From positions 1 through 59,015 of the IMG/VR virus record IMGVR_UViG_3300003653_000051: 59,015 bases of DNA; one strand, 5' to 3'. The number at the start of each line of letters is the position of its first letter. The stretch's first letter is position 1. Below the pieces are notes generated by a model. It had not been told where the DNA came from. It worked only from the letters and a program-made list of their open reading frames with translations, and did not search any database. Below are positions 39,351 through 47,828 of this stretch, one piece after another. The translations under genes and the position numbers were made by a program. Origin of the DNA: a virus (taxonomy: Duplodnaviria; Caudoviricetes).

Positions 39351-40063
39351 CGCTGCAACCGTTCTTGCGCCCATTGGGCTGCGCGGATGATGTGCTTCTC
39401 CGTGTGACGACCTGCGAGGTATCCCCCTGCGTGTCCGCCCAGGAAGCCTCCGACGCCCGCACCCACACCGCCACCTGCCAGCCCGCCGATAGCGGTGCCC
39501 GCTACCGTGCCGAAGTGGGAGCCGATGTGGTGTGCAGCGGCTTCGCCGCCAACCTTGGTCATGTGGCCAGCCAGATCCGCCCCGATCCCACGGCGGTATG
39601 CCGTGACCGCCGCACGCGCTCCCGCTGTCCTGGTCGAAAGGGACTCACGGGCGGATGCAAACTTGGCCCTGGCAGCAGTGGCTCCATCGCCTAGATGACC
39701 GCGGACCTCCGCTCCGGTTAGATCCCGCTTCTTGTTGTGGTAGCCAGAGCTCGCACCGCCCAGTGCTGCCTTCAAGCGGTCCTTGAGGCCTTCGCCCTGG
39801 TGTAATCCATGCGCTGCGGAGGCACCTCGGAAAGCTCCGGCGATTCCATGCCCGTGCTTGTGCGCGATGTACGCGCCACCAACCAGAGCAGCTGCACCCA
39901 GAATCTTCCCGGCGTGTCTACGGAGGAAGCCTGGGCCCTTCTCTGGGCCCGCGGAGCGTAGGCCCTTCACCGTCGGGTTTGTCTTGACCCAATAGGTTCG
40001 CTTGACCGTGCCACGCTTCCCGCGGACGGTTTTGACGACCTTCTTTAGCCCAGCCCGCGCCAT
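39347..40063 (-). CDS. leader-array protein 3 (glycine zipper)
   Basis: MARAGLKKVVKTVRGKRGTVKRTYWVK; GTVAGTAIGGLAGGGVGAGVGGFLGGHAG. Confidence 0.8.
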   Translation of the reverse strand: MARAGLKKVVKTVRGKRGTVKRTYWVKTNPTVKGLRSAGPEKGPGFLRRHAGKILGAAALVGGAYIAHKHGHGIAGAFRGASAAHGLHQGEGLKDRLKAALGGASSGYHNKKRDLTGAEVRGHLGDGATAARAKFASARESLSTRTAGARAAVTAYRRGIGADLAGHMTKVGGEAAAHHIGSHFGTVAGTAIGGLAGGGVGAGVGGFLGGHAGGYLAGRHTEKHIIRAAQWAQERLQR

Positions 40064-40065
40064 GA

Positions 40066-40488
40066 TCAGCGAGGCTCCTTACTCAGCGCCATCTGTTGTC
40101 TAGTGCCCCTGTATATTCCGTGTGCTGCTGCTGCTACGCCAACCGCTGCGGCTGCTAGACCAAACTGGGCCTTATGGTCTGCGCTCATCTTGCTATCCGC
40201 CAGGTGCCGCCCCAATAGGTGTCCAGCGGTAAGCCCGACGGCACCCCCGCCTACGACGTGTGCAACACCCCCCTTGCCGATGTGAGAGCCTGCGGCAATC
40301 CCAGTACCTGCCCCCATAATCTTCATACCAATGCGAAGAAGATGCGCAGCATCCTTGTTGACCTTTTCATTATGAAGGCCCTGCATCCCGAGCTTCTTGG
40401 GGGTAGCCCTGACCCACATGGTCCTCATGATGGTCTTGCCCTTGACCCTGACAGCAACCTTCTTGGCTACCAATCCTGCTCTAGCCAT
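40066..40488 (-). CDS. leader-array protein 4 (glycine zipper)
   Basis: Leader identical to protein 1; GxxxG repeats. Confidence 0.8.
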   Translation of the reverse strand: MARAGLVAKKVAVRVKGKTIMRTMWVRATPKKLGMQGLHNEKVNKDAAHLLRIGMKIMGAGTGIAAGSHIGKGGVAHVVGGGAVGLTAGHLLGRHLADSKMSADHKAQFGLAAAAVGVAAAAHGIYRGTRQQMALSKEPR

Positions 40489-40503
40489 GATCAATTCACC
40501 TTC

Positions 40504-41154
40504 CTACTCATCATCATCTTCCGCACCAAATCGCTTGCGAGCCCGCTTGATTGCACCACGGGCGAGGGCATTCCCGATGATTGCACCTACGGCGGAGCGG
40601 CCCGTTCGGCTGGCCGTGCTGCCTTTGCCTCTCATACCCAAAGCGGCTCCGGCAAGTGTTCCTGCGTGTTCGGCAAGTTCCATGGCTACCTTGGACCTGA
40701 CCACATGCCCTGCCGCAGTGCTGGCAGTTCTCACCAGGAACTCGGCTGTCTTGGCCCTAGCCTTCTCTGTGCCCAGATGCTTGTGGTACGCCTTCGCAGT
40801 GTTGGTCCTGAGCGTTCCAGGCCCGCCCTTCCTCGCTGCCAAATCCCAGCCGCCCTTGGCACCGCGCGTTGCAGCACGGAACTGTTCCAAGAGCGAGCGG
40901 GAGCCCCCCTTCTCAAGGTGCTCGCCCAACCTCTGCTTGGCACCCTGATGTGCCCAGGTCAGTGCCTTCCGATTCCCATACGCCAACCCCGCTACCGTAG
41001 CGGCCACCACAGCCGCTCCGATGAGCTTCTTCTTGTGGCGGGACGCGAAGCCGGTCGTAGCCTCCTGGGATCGCACCCAATAGGACCGGCGGACCTGCCC
41101 GTGCTTTCCGCGGACAGACTTGGTGATCTTCTTCAGCCCTGCGTGCCCAGGCAC
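40504..41154 (-). CDS. leader-array protein 5
   Basis: MPGHAGLKKITKSVRGKHGQVRRSYWVR. Confidence 0.8.
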   Translation of the reverse strand: MPGHAGLKKITKSVRGKHGQVRRSYWVRSQEATTGFASRHKKKLIGAAVVAATVAGLAYGNRKALTWAHQGAKQRLGEHLEKGGSRSLLEQFRAATRGAKGGWDLAARKGGPGTLRTNTAKAYHKHLGTEKARAKTAEFLVRTASTAAGHVVRSKVAMELAEHAGTLAGAALGMRGKGSTASRTGRSAVGAIIGNALARGAIKRARKRFGAEDDDE

Positions 41155-41157
41155 TTC

Positions 41158-41559
41158 CTACCTCCGTGCATCCGACAGAGCCTTCACCGCATGGAACATC
41201 CGACCCACATCAATGGCGTGTGCCACGACATGGGAGGCCGTGGCGAGGTTCCGGGCAGCGAGCTTGGTCATCTTGGCCCCGACGTTGTACCCAACCTCCT
41301 GGCCAATCTTTGCTCCGGCAACCCGCCCAGCAGTATGCCCTGCGGCATACCCAAAGAGCCTGCCCACCGTACCCGCCTTGTGCTTCCCTATGGCAGCACC
41401 CGCATGGGCTCCGACGAGACTGCCCAGAGATCGCCCAAGATGATCGCCGCCCTTGGCCAGCAGATCCGCGCCCGTAGCCCGGACCCAATAGGAACGGAGG
41501 TAGGTGCCACGCTTGCCGCGCACCTTCACCTGCTTCTTCGTGAGTCCAGGTCGCGACAT
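41158..41559 (-). CDS. leader-array protein 6 (glycine zipper)
   Basis: MSRPGLTKKQVKVRGKRGTYLRSYWVR; GxxxG ladder. Confidence 0.8.
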   Translation of the reverse strand: MSRPGLTKKQVKVRGKRGTYLRSYWVRATGADLLAKGGDHLGRSLGSLVGAHAGAAIGKHKAGTVGRLFGYAAGHTAGRVAGAKIGQEVGYNVGAKMTKLAARNLATASHVVAHAIDVGRMFHAVKALSDARR

Positions 41560-41560
41560 A

Positions 41561-42208
41561 TTAGAAGAGGAGGGGCTTCCTACGGATCTGCGTACCATCA
41601 TAGGGTGCGTTCTGTTGTGTCCGAATAGCGTGTGCGTCTGGCATCACACTCGGCCTCGCCGCGATGACCTCCTGCCTGCGTATCGCATTCCTGTGCCCCT
41701 GCATCTCGGCCTGGTATTCCTTCATGACATCATGAGGACTCATTGAGTGGAGTCCGCGGACGTTTGAGTTGGCAGACCCGCTCTGGGTTCGATTGCCGTT
41801 GCGGGATGCAGTGCCCGTACCCGGAGCCATGGCACGCCCGATGGACCTGCCTGCGATGGCACCGCTGATAGCGCCAGTGACCGCGCCGAATACGGCACCC
41901 ATCGTACCTACCCGCGCGGTGTTGTAGCCGATGAGGACAGCTTTACCCGCCGTCGGCACTACACGCGCGGCACCTGAGTCCCGGATCAGACCGTGTGCGG
42001 CATGCCCCCCTGCAACGGCACCCGCAGTGCCGAAAGTGGTTGCACCCGCCACAGCGCCGAACAGAGCACCGGCCAGGGCACCACGACGACCGTACTTGGT
42101 CTTCTTGGCACCTGCATCCTCTGACTTCACCATCACAGAACGCTGGTAGGTCTTGCCGCCCTTGCCACGGACGGTCTTCTTGACCTTGCGTAGATTTGAT
42201 TTAGCCAT
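41561..42208 (-). CDS. leader-array protein 7 (glycine zipper)
   Basis: MAKSNLRKVKKTVRGKGGKTYQRSVMVK; GALAGALFGAVAG. Confidence 0.8.
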   Translation of the reverse strand: MAKSNLRKVKKTVRGKGGKTYQRSVMVKSEDAGAKKTKYGRRGALAGALFGAVAGATTFGTAGAVAGGHAAHGLIRDSGAARVVPTAGKAVLIGYNTARVGTMGAVFGAVTGAISGAIAGRSIGRAMAPGTGTASRNGNRTQSGSANSNVRGLHSMSPHDVMKEYQAEMQGHRNAIRRQEVIAARPSVMPDAHAIRTQQNAPYDGTQIRRKPLLF

Positions 42209-42223
42209 GATGTGCCATCCTAC

Positions 42224-42607
42224 CTAGCGCATGACATGCGGCTTGATCTTGTTGTCCCGCATGTATGCATCGTAGTCGTGGCTCATATTAGGCTTGATCT
42301 TGTTGATCCGCATGTACGCATCGTGCGGGTGCTCGTGTGCGGCGGGCGCGCTGCTGCGAGATGCAGTGCCAGAACCCAGATGCTTGTGCGCCATGTACGC
42401 TGCCGCTGCCGTCAGGGCGGTAGCTGCGAGGATCCTCCCCCCGTGCCGCCCAAGGATGCCGTGGGTGGTAGATCCTTCCGACTTCAGAGCCCTCTTGGTC
42501 TTCTTGGAGCCCGCATCCGCAGACTTCACCATCACGGAGCGTTGGTAGGTCTTGCCACCCTTACCACGGACGGTCTTCTTGACCTTGTGTAAGCTGTGCT
42601 TGGCCAT
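42224..42607 (-). CDS. leader-array protein 8
   Basis: MAKHSLHKVKKTVRGKGGKTYQRSVMVK; C-terminal DAYMRxNKIKP x2. Confidence 0.8.
   Translation of the reverse strand: MAKHSLHKVKKTVRGKGGKTYQRSVMVKSADAGSKKTKRALKSEGSTTHGILGRHGGRILAATALTAAAAYMAHKHLGSGTASRSSAPAAHEHPHDAYMRINKIKPNMSHDYDAYMRDNKIKPHVMR
42240..42324. repeat. imperfect direct repeat (34 nt x2, period 51)
   Basis: ggcttgatcttgttg(tc/at)ccgcatgta(t/c)gcatcgt at 42240 and 42291. Confidence 0.8.
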
Positions 42608-42622
42608 GTGCGTGCCCCACGC

Positions 42623-43135
42623 CTAGCGCATGGCGCGCTGGTCGCGGTGAAGCTCGTCAACGACCGTGCGACCCTTTGGCCCGCCCAGCGATTCCGGGTT
42701 CGGCGAGCGCAGATCCTCGCGGATCCTGTCTGCGATGTGCCCCAACTTGGCACCGACCTTGGCATCCCCGATGGCGTGACCGATGCGCGCACGCAAGCCG
42801 ATGTGTGCGTCCGTGGCCCCCGCAGCCCGCGCCAGCCTGTTGAATGCCCCCGAGACCTTCATTGAGCCGTGCGCGGCCAGAGCAGCGCCCACGATCTTCC
42901 CGGCGTTCTTGTGCGCGTAGTGTCCGCCCTTCGCCAGCGCCGCAGCCGCAACGACCGCCCCAGCGATCTTCGCGCCGCGCTTGAGGCCGACCTCGTGCGC
43001 CCTGGCGAACTTCCCGACGCGCTTGCCAGCGCCCTTCACGGCGGCAGTGGCGCGCACCCAGTAGCTGCGCTTCACCATCCCGTGCTTGCCCTTGACCGTC
43101 TTCTGGACCTTCTTCAGACCTGCATGCGACCCCAT
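42623..43135 (-). CDS. leader-array protein 9
   Basis: MGSHAGLKKVQKTVKGKHGMVKRSYWVR. Confidence 0.8.
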   Translation of the reverse strand: MGSHAGLKKVQKTVKGKHGMVKRSYWVRATAAVKGAGKRVGKFARAHEVGLKRGAKIAGAVVAAAALAKGGHYAHKNAGKIVGAALAAHGSMKVSGAFNRLARAAGATDAHIGLRARIGHAIGDAKVGAKLGHIADRIREDLRSPNPESLGGPKGRTVVDELHRDQRAMR

Positions 43136-43228
43136 GATCTTGCCTTCTCTGCCCTAATCAGGGCGTTGGACCTGCCGAAGCCCAGGCTATCACAGCATTT
43201 CAAGTGCGGGCAGACTTGCCCAGGCTGG

Positions 43229-43513
43229 TCAGATGATGCGTTCCATATCCTCAGACTGTGCATCCATGAGGAGCTGTGCCCTTTGCTTCCGGGTCTCCTG
43301 CCAGGATCGCAGCCCCAGGAGCCTGTTCCAGATGCAGTACCAGAGCATCCAGAGCGCCAGACGGAGTGCCAGACCCTCGGATAGATGGGCACGGACGACA
43401 CAGGATGCTGGGTCGCGGGGGGCGGAGAAGAAGAGCTCCACCATCCCCCGTGATGGGATCGCCGCTACCTCCAGGTAGCCGTCGGTCTTTCGGAAGATGG
43501 AATGGTGGATCAT
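43229..43513 (-). CDS. hypothetical protein
   Basis: ATGA-coupled to the MTase; hydrophobic C-terminal helix. Confidence 0.55.
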   Translation of the reverse strand: MIHHSIFRKTDGYLEVAAIPSRGMVELFFSAPRDPASCVVRAHLSEGLALRLALWMLWYCIWNRLLGLRSWQETRKQRAQLLMDAQSEDMERII

Positions 43514-44424
43514 CGGACGATGCCCTGACCCCGTAGTGCCTTCAGGATGGCCGTCTCTGTGGAGTTCTTTCCCTCGATGGCGGCATCCTGCCAGCGCGCT
43601 CCGATCTCCTCAGAGGCGGGGTAGTTCATCCAGAGAACCTCGGTGGCTGTTGTGCTGCCCTCTCGGGCGGTTGTGGTGATGGCGCGATCGAAGCTCACAC
43701 GTCTCCAGCTCTGATAGAGCCTGTCGTAAAGTACACCACCATAGCCCGACACCATGATCCGTGCCCCCGCTCCTGCGGCGGTGTGATTAGCCTGTGCCAG
43801 TGTCTCGTGCTGGTCTGTAGTCATCTCGTGCTGATACCCCTCGTTGACTACCCGAGATTCCGCATGATAGGGCGGGTCCTCGTAGATGAACGCATGGAGA
43901 TGCTGGTACTGCTGGATCATGTGTATGGCATCCTGATTATACATGCAGACACCCAACATTCTGTCTGCATACTGTTGGAACTGCCGGAGTCGGGATTCTG
44001 ACCCTGCTGCATGGGAGGCACCCGGTATGGGGCGACGCCAACCCACCGTGGGGGTTTGCATCCCGCTGAAGCTCTGTCTGGAGCGAACCCAAACCCTCCG
44101 GGCTACCTCCAGCTCATCCTCGAAGTTGTCCTCCGAGAACCGCTTGCAGACTTGGTGCTCTTCAAGCGCATAGGGTGTGAGCTCACAAACCCGGATCAGC
44201 TCATCCGTTCTTGTTTGGAGAACCCGGTAGAAGGTGATGATGCCCTTGTTCAGGTCGTTGATTACCTGGACATGGAAAAGCTCCTTGGGCACCTGGAAGA
44301 ACACACCGCCTCCCCCAAAGAAGGGCTCCACATAGAGTGTTGGACCCTTGGGAAAGTGGGGGATGATGTGCCGTGCAATCAGCTTCTTACCGCCAAAGTA
44401 ATGAAGCGGCCCATCCAAACTCAT
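43510..44424 (-). CDS. DNA N6-adenine methyltransferase (Dam/D12 class), copy A
   Basis: YFGGK, EPFFGGGGV, INDLN, DPPY. Confidence 0.92.
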   Translation of the reverse strand: MSLDGPLHYFGGKKLIARHIIPHFPKGPTLYVEPFFGGGGVFFQVPKELFHVQVINDLNKGIITFYRVLQTRTDELIRVCELTPYALEEHQVCKRFSEDNFEDELEVARRVWVRSRQSFSGMQTPTVGWRRPIPGASHAAGSESRLRQFQQYADRMLGVCMYNQDAIHMIQQYQHLHAFIYEDPPYHAESRVVNEGYQHEMTTDQHETLAQANHTAAGAGARIMVSGYGGVLYDRLYQSWRRVSFDRAITTTAREGSTTATEVLWMNYPASEEIGARWQDAAIEGKNSTETAILKALRGQGIVR

Positions 44425-44468
44425 GATCCGTTGTCCCCCTTCCTACTGATGTGAAACTGCCAGACGCC

Positions 44469-45386
44469 TCATCGGACGATGCCCCGCCCGCGTAGTGCCT
44501 TCAGGATGCCCTTCTCCGCGGCGCTCTTCCCCTTGGGCGTGGAGCTCTGCCAGTGGGCTCCAATCTCCTCAGAAGCTGGGTAGTTCATCCAGAGCACCTC
44601 GGTCTTGAGAACCTGCCCATCTTTCGGGTTGGTTATCATGTTGTATCGTGTGAACTCCGTCCGCCTCCAGTTCTTGTATGTCTGATCGTAGAAGGCTCCG
44701 CCATAGCCTGAGATCATGATCTTGGCCCCCAACTTAGTAGCAGCTTCGTTGGCATCAAACAGACCCAGATGCTGGGCTTCTGTCATCTCGTACTGGTAAC
44801 CACCAGACGAACTGCGAGATTCTATGTGGTAGGGTGGGTCTTCGTAGATGAACGCACCGGGCTTGGCGTACCTGGACACGAGCTGTGTGGCGTCTTCACA
44901 GTCAATGTGTACACTACGGAAGCGCGCAGCATAATCTCGTAGGTGGCGTAGTTGCACCTCTGTAGAATCACTCTGCGTGTGATTTACACCTACACGCCTC
45001 CAACTCACAGTCTCAGTCTGGTCACCTCCGAAACTCTGCCTTGCCCTGACCCAGACTCTCCTCGCCACCTCCAGTTCGTCCTCTGGGTTGTCCTCCGAGA
45101 ACCTCTTACATGCCCGATGCTCTTCGAGCGCGTAGGGTGTGAGTTCGCAAACCCGGATCAGCTCATCTACCCGCGTCCTTAGAACCCGGTAAAACGTGAC
45201 AATGCTCTTGTTCAGGTCGTTGATTACCTGGACATGGAAAAGCTCCTTGGGCATCTGGAAGAACACACCGCCACCCCCGAAGAAGGGCTCCACATAGAGC
45301 GTGGCACCCTTCGGGAAGTGGGGAATGATGTGCTGTGCGGTGGTCTTCTTGCCGCCGTAGTATGGGAGTGGCCCATCTAAACTCAT
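44469..45386 (-). CDS. DNA N6-adenine methyltransferase (Dam/D12 class), copy B
   Basis: YYGGK, EPFFGGGGV, INDLN, DPPY; start ATG 45386. Confidence 0.92.
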   Translation of the reverse strand: MSLDGPLPYYGGKKTTAQHIIPHFPKGATLYVEPFFGGGGVFFQMPKELFHVQVINDLNKSIVTFYRVLRTRVDELIRVCELTPYALEEHRACKRFSEDNPEDELEVARRVWVRARQSFGGDQTETVSWRRVGVNHTQSDSTEVQLRHLRDYAARFRSVHIDCEDATQLVSRYAKPGAFIYEDPPYHIESRSSSGGYQYEMTEAQHLGLFDANEAATKLGAKIMISGYGGAFYDQTYKNWRRTEFTRYNMITNPKDGQVLKTEVLWMNYPASEEIGAHWQSSTPKGKSAAEKGILKALRGRGIVR

Positions 45387-45411
45387 GATCCGTCGTCCCT
45401 CTTCCTGCTGA

Positions 45412-46347
45412 TCAGACCGAGCGTTTACGCCCCGCGCCAGCGCCCTTGGCCTTGCGACCCGCGGCTGTTTTGTCGCTCTGGTAGAATGTGCCACCACCAA
45501 CCTTGGTGTAGTAGCCCCCGCCTTTCGTCTTCTTGGTCAGTTTGGCCTCATCCCGCCCGTAGGAATGATCTCTGGTGGCCTTCTGGCGTGCGTCATGTTC
45601 GGCATTTCGCTTCGCCGCACCCTCGGGGCTCTGTGCCTTCATGGTGGCACGGATGGCCTTCTGGCGATCCTGGACGCCCTTGGTCTTGACGGTCTCTACC
45701 GCCTTCTTGATGTTCGCCAGCTTCTGCGCCTCCGCTACCCTGGCAGTGCTGGTGTGCCCTGCCACTTCCCGGAGGCGGCGGATTCGATCAACGTGTGCTG
45801 CCTCCCTCTGTCCCTGGCGATGCTCGTGGATCGCCTTGTCCTGGGTGATCCGGCTATGGGCACGCTCCTGGCCCTTGCTCTCGTGCCTCCGTGTCAGCTC
45901 CCCCGTTGCCCCCGCATGGATGGCAGCATGGTCGTGACCCCCGTACCTCTCCGCGTGGTGGGCCACCTCCCGCAGTTCGTTGTGGGACATGTGAGCTACT
46001 TCAGGATCACCACGGCGTACCTTGGCTACGTTCGTGAAAATCCGCTGGTCATTCTTCAGGTTGCTCATGTGGGACGCCAGGGCATGACCCGCGAAGGTCA
46101 TGAGCGTCCCCATGATGAAGTTCCCGCGTCGGAAGTTCCGGCTGGTGGCGGAGCCCAGCCACTTGCTGATGCCCGTACCTACGGAGTGCCGCGCCGAGGC
46201 CCGTCCTGCATCCGAATGGATGTAGTCACGCACGCTGGGCATGTTCCCGTGCAGCGCGTGGTAGTCGGCGCGATTGGTCTGGGCGTAGGCTTTCGCCCCC
46301 GTCGCAAGGTGCGTGGCCGTGCTGAGATGATCACCGAAAACGCCCAT
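45412..46347 (-). CDS. basic His/Arg/Ala-rich hypothetical protein
   Basis: 311-aa ORF; composition like the array proteins. Confidence 0.7.
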   Translation of the reverse strand: MGVFGDHLSTATHLATGAKAYAQTNRADYHALHGNMPSVRDYIHSDAGRASARHSVGTGISKWLGSATSRNFRRGNFIMGTLMTFAGHALASHMSNLKNDQRIFTNVAKVRRGDPEVAHMSHNELREVAHHAERYGGHDHAAIHAGATGELTRRHESKGQERAHSRITQDKAIHEHRQGQREAAHVDRIRRLREVAGHTSTARVAEAQKLANIKKAVETVKTKGVQDRQKAIRATMKAQSPEGAAKRNAEHDARQKATRDHSYGRDEAKLTKKTKGGGYYTKVGGGTFYQSDKTAAGRKAKGAGAGRKRSV

Positions 46348-46388
46348 GAGCTAGGCTAGAAGACCACGGATCCGTGGGTTTGGCCAGA

Positions 46389-46796
46389 TCAGTTCCCGGT
46401 GTACCCGGTCACCAGACGGTCTGGGGTAGGGCCGGTGTCGATCTCGACGAAGCACCAGCTCGGGTGGCGGGCAGCTTCCTTCTGTGCCTGCTTGGAGCAG
46501 AGGGAGCAGGCGTAGACGGCCCCGATGCGGAGGAAGTAGCCCATCTTGGTCTGGGTCCGCATCTGGGCGTACTTCTCCGGGTCCGTCTTCAGGAGCACCA
46601 GGAGATTGGGGTCGCGCTTCAGCATCTCCGCCTCCTCCCCGTAGGAGTGGATGGAGGTCATCGGGGGGCCGCCACAGCCCGTACACTTCGCACCCAGAGG
46701 GAACGCGGTGGATGCGTGCAGCTCCTGCGGGGTCATCCGCCCGTCCATGAACTGCTTGCGGTGGATGATCGGGCTCTTCTTTACTTCTTGTCCCAT
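46389..46796 (-). CDS. hypothetical Zn-binding protein
   Basis: CTGC...CSLC; strong codon bias. Confidence 0.65.
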   Translation of the reverse strand: MGQEVKKSPIIHRKQFMDGRMTPQELHASTAFPLGAKCTGCGGPPMTSIHSYGEEAEMLKRDPNLLVLLKTDPEKYAQMRTQTKMGYFLRIGAVYACSLCSKQAQKEAARHPSWCFVEIDTGPTPDRLVTGYTGN

Positions 46797-47185
46797 CGGT
46801 CTACTTGCTTTCTGTTGATCTTGGATCGCTCTACTGGGGGCGCTTCCAGGATGGTTTCGCGGATCACAGCCGCACGATCTAGGATTCGGAAAAGCGGAAC
46901 GGTGCTCCCCCTGACCATGGCGGTGTCCAGCTTCCCATCATGGACACCCAGAACTACCCAGGGCTCATCCTGGCGAACTAGCCGGAGAAGCTCCAGCATG
47001 GTCATCCAGTTCTCATGGGGCATCGCCTGATCAATCAGACGGTAGCGCAGCTTCCATGGGCCATCCCGCCAGTTCGGATCCCTCGGGGTGACGTGGCCAA
47101 GCGGGTGATCCAGCACCTCCGTAGAGAACGAAGGAGCACCCCCGGTGGTGTAGCGGTAGCCATTGAGGATCAATGTGGATGCCAT
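46781..47185 (-). CDS. hypothetical protein
   Basis: ORF overlapping the next gene's start. Confidence 0.5.
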   Translation of the reverse strand: MASTLILNGYRYTTGGAPSFSTEVLDHPLGHVTPRDPNWRDGPWKLRYRLIDQAMPHENWMTMLELLRLVRQDEPWVVLGVHDGKLDTAMVRGSTVPLFRILDRAAVIRETILEAPPVERSKINRKQVDRWDKK

Positions 47186-47264
47186 ACCTGTGCATCTGTC
47201 CTACCCGCGTGGTAGTGGGCCGTCAAGCCCCCTGTGTTCTCGGGGTGCAACGGAGGTCGCCGCC

Positions 47265-47828
47265 ATGCGGATCATCGGGTTGGACATCGCCTTCTGTAAT
47301 CTGGGTGTGGTGTCCTGTCATCTGTTGGGCGGTGTGCTTACTCTGACGGGAGCGGAGGCCATCTACACTGGCAAGGGCAAGGAGGGGCTGTCGGACACAG
47401 CGGACAACCTACGGCGGTCCCAGCTTCTCCATGCACGTCTCAAGGAGGTGATGGAGAGGACGGAGCCGCAGGTGGTGGTGGTGGAGTCTCAGAGCTGGCC
47501 GAGGATCAACCCTGCCAGCTCGATCAAGATGGCCCATGCCTGGGGAGCGATCAGCCCTCTTCTGGTTGGGCTTCCTCTTCTGGAGGTGACGCCACAGGCG
47601 CTGAAGCTGTTTGTGGCGGGGGACCGCTCGGCAACGAAGCTCCAGGTTCACCAGGGGGTGCTTCGTCGGATGGCAGAGCCTCTTCAGACCCAGCAACTTG
47701 TGGACTGGGGCGTCCTGAAGCGGGCTCGCCAGGAGCATTGTTGGGACGCCCTGGGGGCTGTCCTAGCGGTCCTCCCTTCCCAGGAGTTCCAGGCGCTTCT
47801 GCGCCTCCATCTCCCGCCATCGCTTTAG
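47265..47828 (+). CDS. ruvC: RuvC-like Holliday junction resolvase
   Basis: MRIIGLDI, VVVVES, TPQALK..VAG...ATK, HCWDALG; GGAGG RBS. Confidence 0.88.
   Translation: MRIIGLDIAFCNLGVVSCHLLGGVLTLTGAEAIYTGKGKEGLSDTADNLRRSQLLHARLKEVMERTEPQVVVVESQSWPRINPASSIKMAHAWGAISPLLVGLPLLEVTPQALKLFVAGDRSATKLQVHQGVLRRMAEPLQTQQLVDWGVLKRARQEHCWDALGAVLAVLPSQEFQALLRLHLPPSL

Noticed and set aside
38449-40455. Repeat pair as a diversity-generating retroelement TR/VR
   Set aside because: No reverse transcriptase; repeats are at gene 5' ends, and differences in the other pair are synonymous rather than adenine-specific
37939-43135. Array as RiPP/bacteriocin precursors or ribosomal-protein homologues
   Set aside because: No modifying enzymes or transporter nearby; cargo is long and no ribosomal protein signature was recognised
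43510-45386. Complete restriction-modification system
   Set aside because: No adjacent endonuclease; both look like orphan MTases
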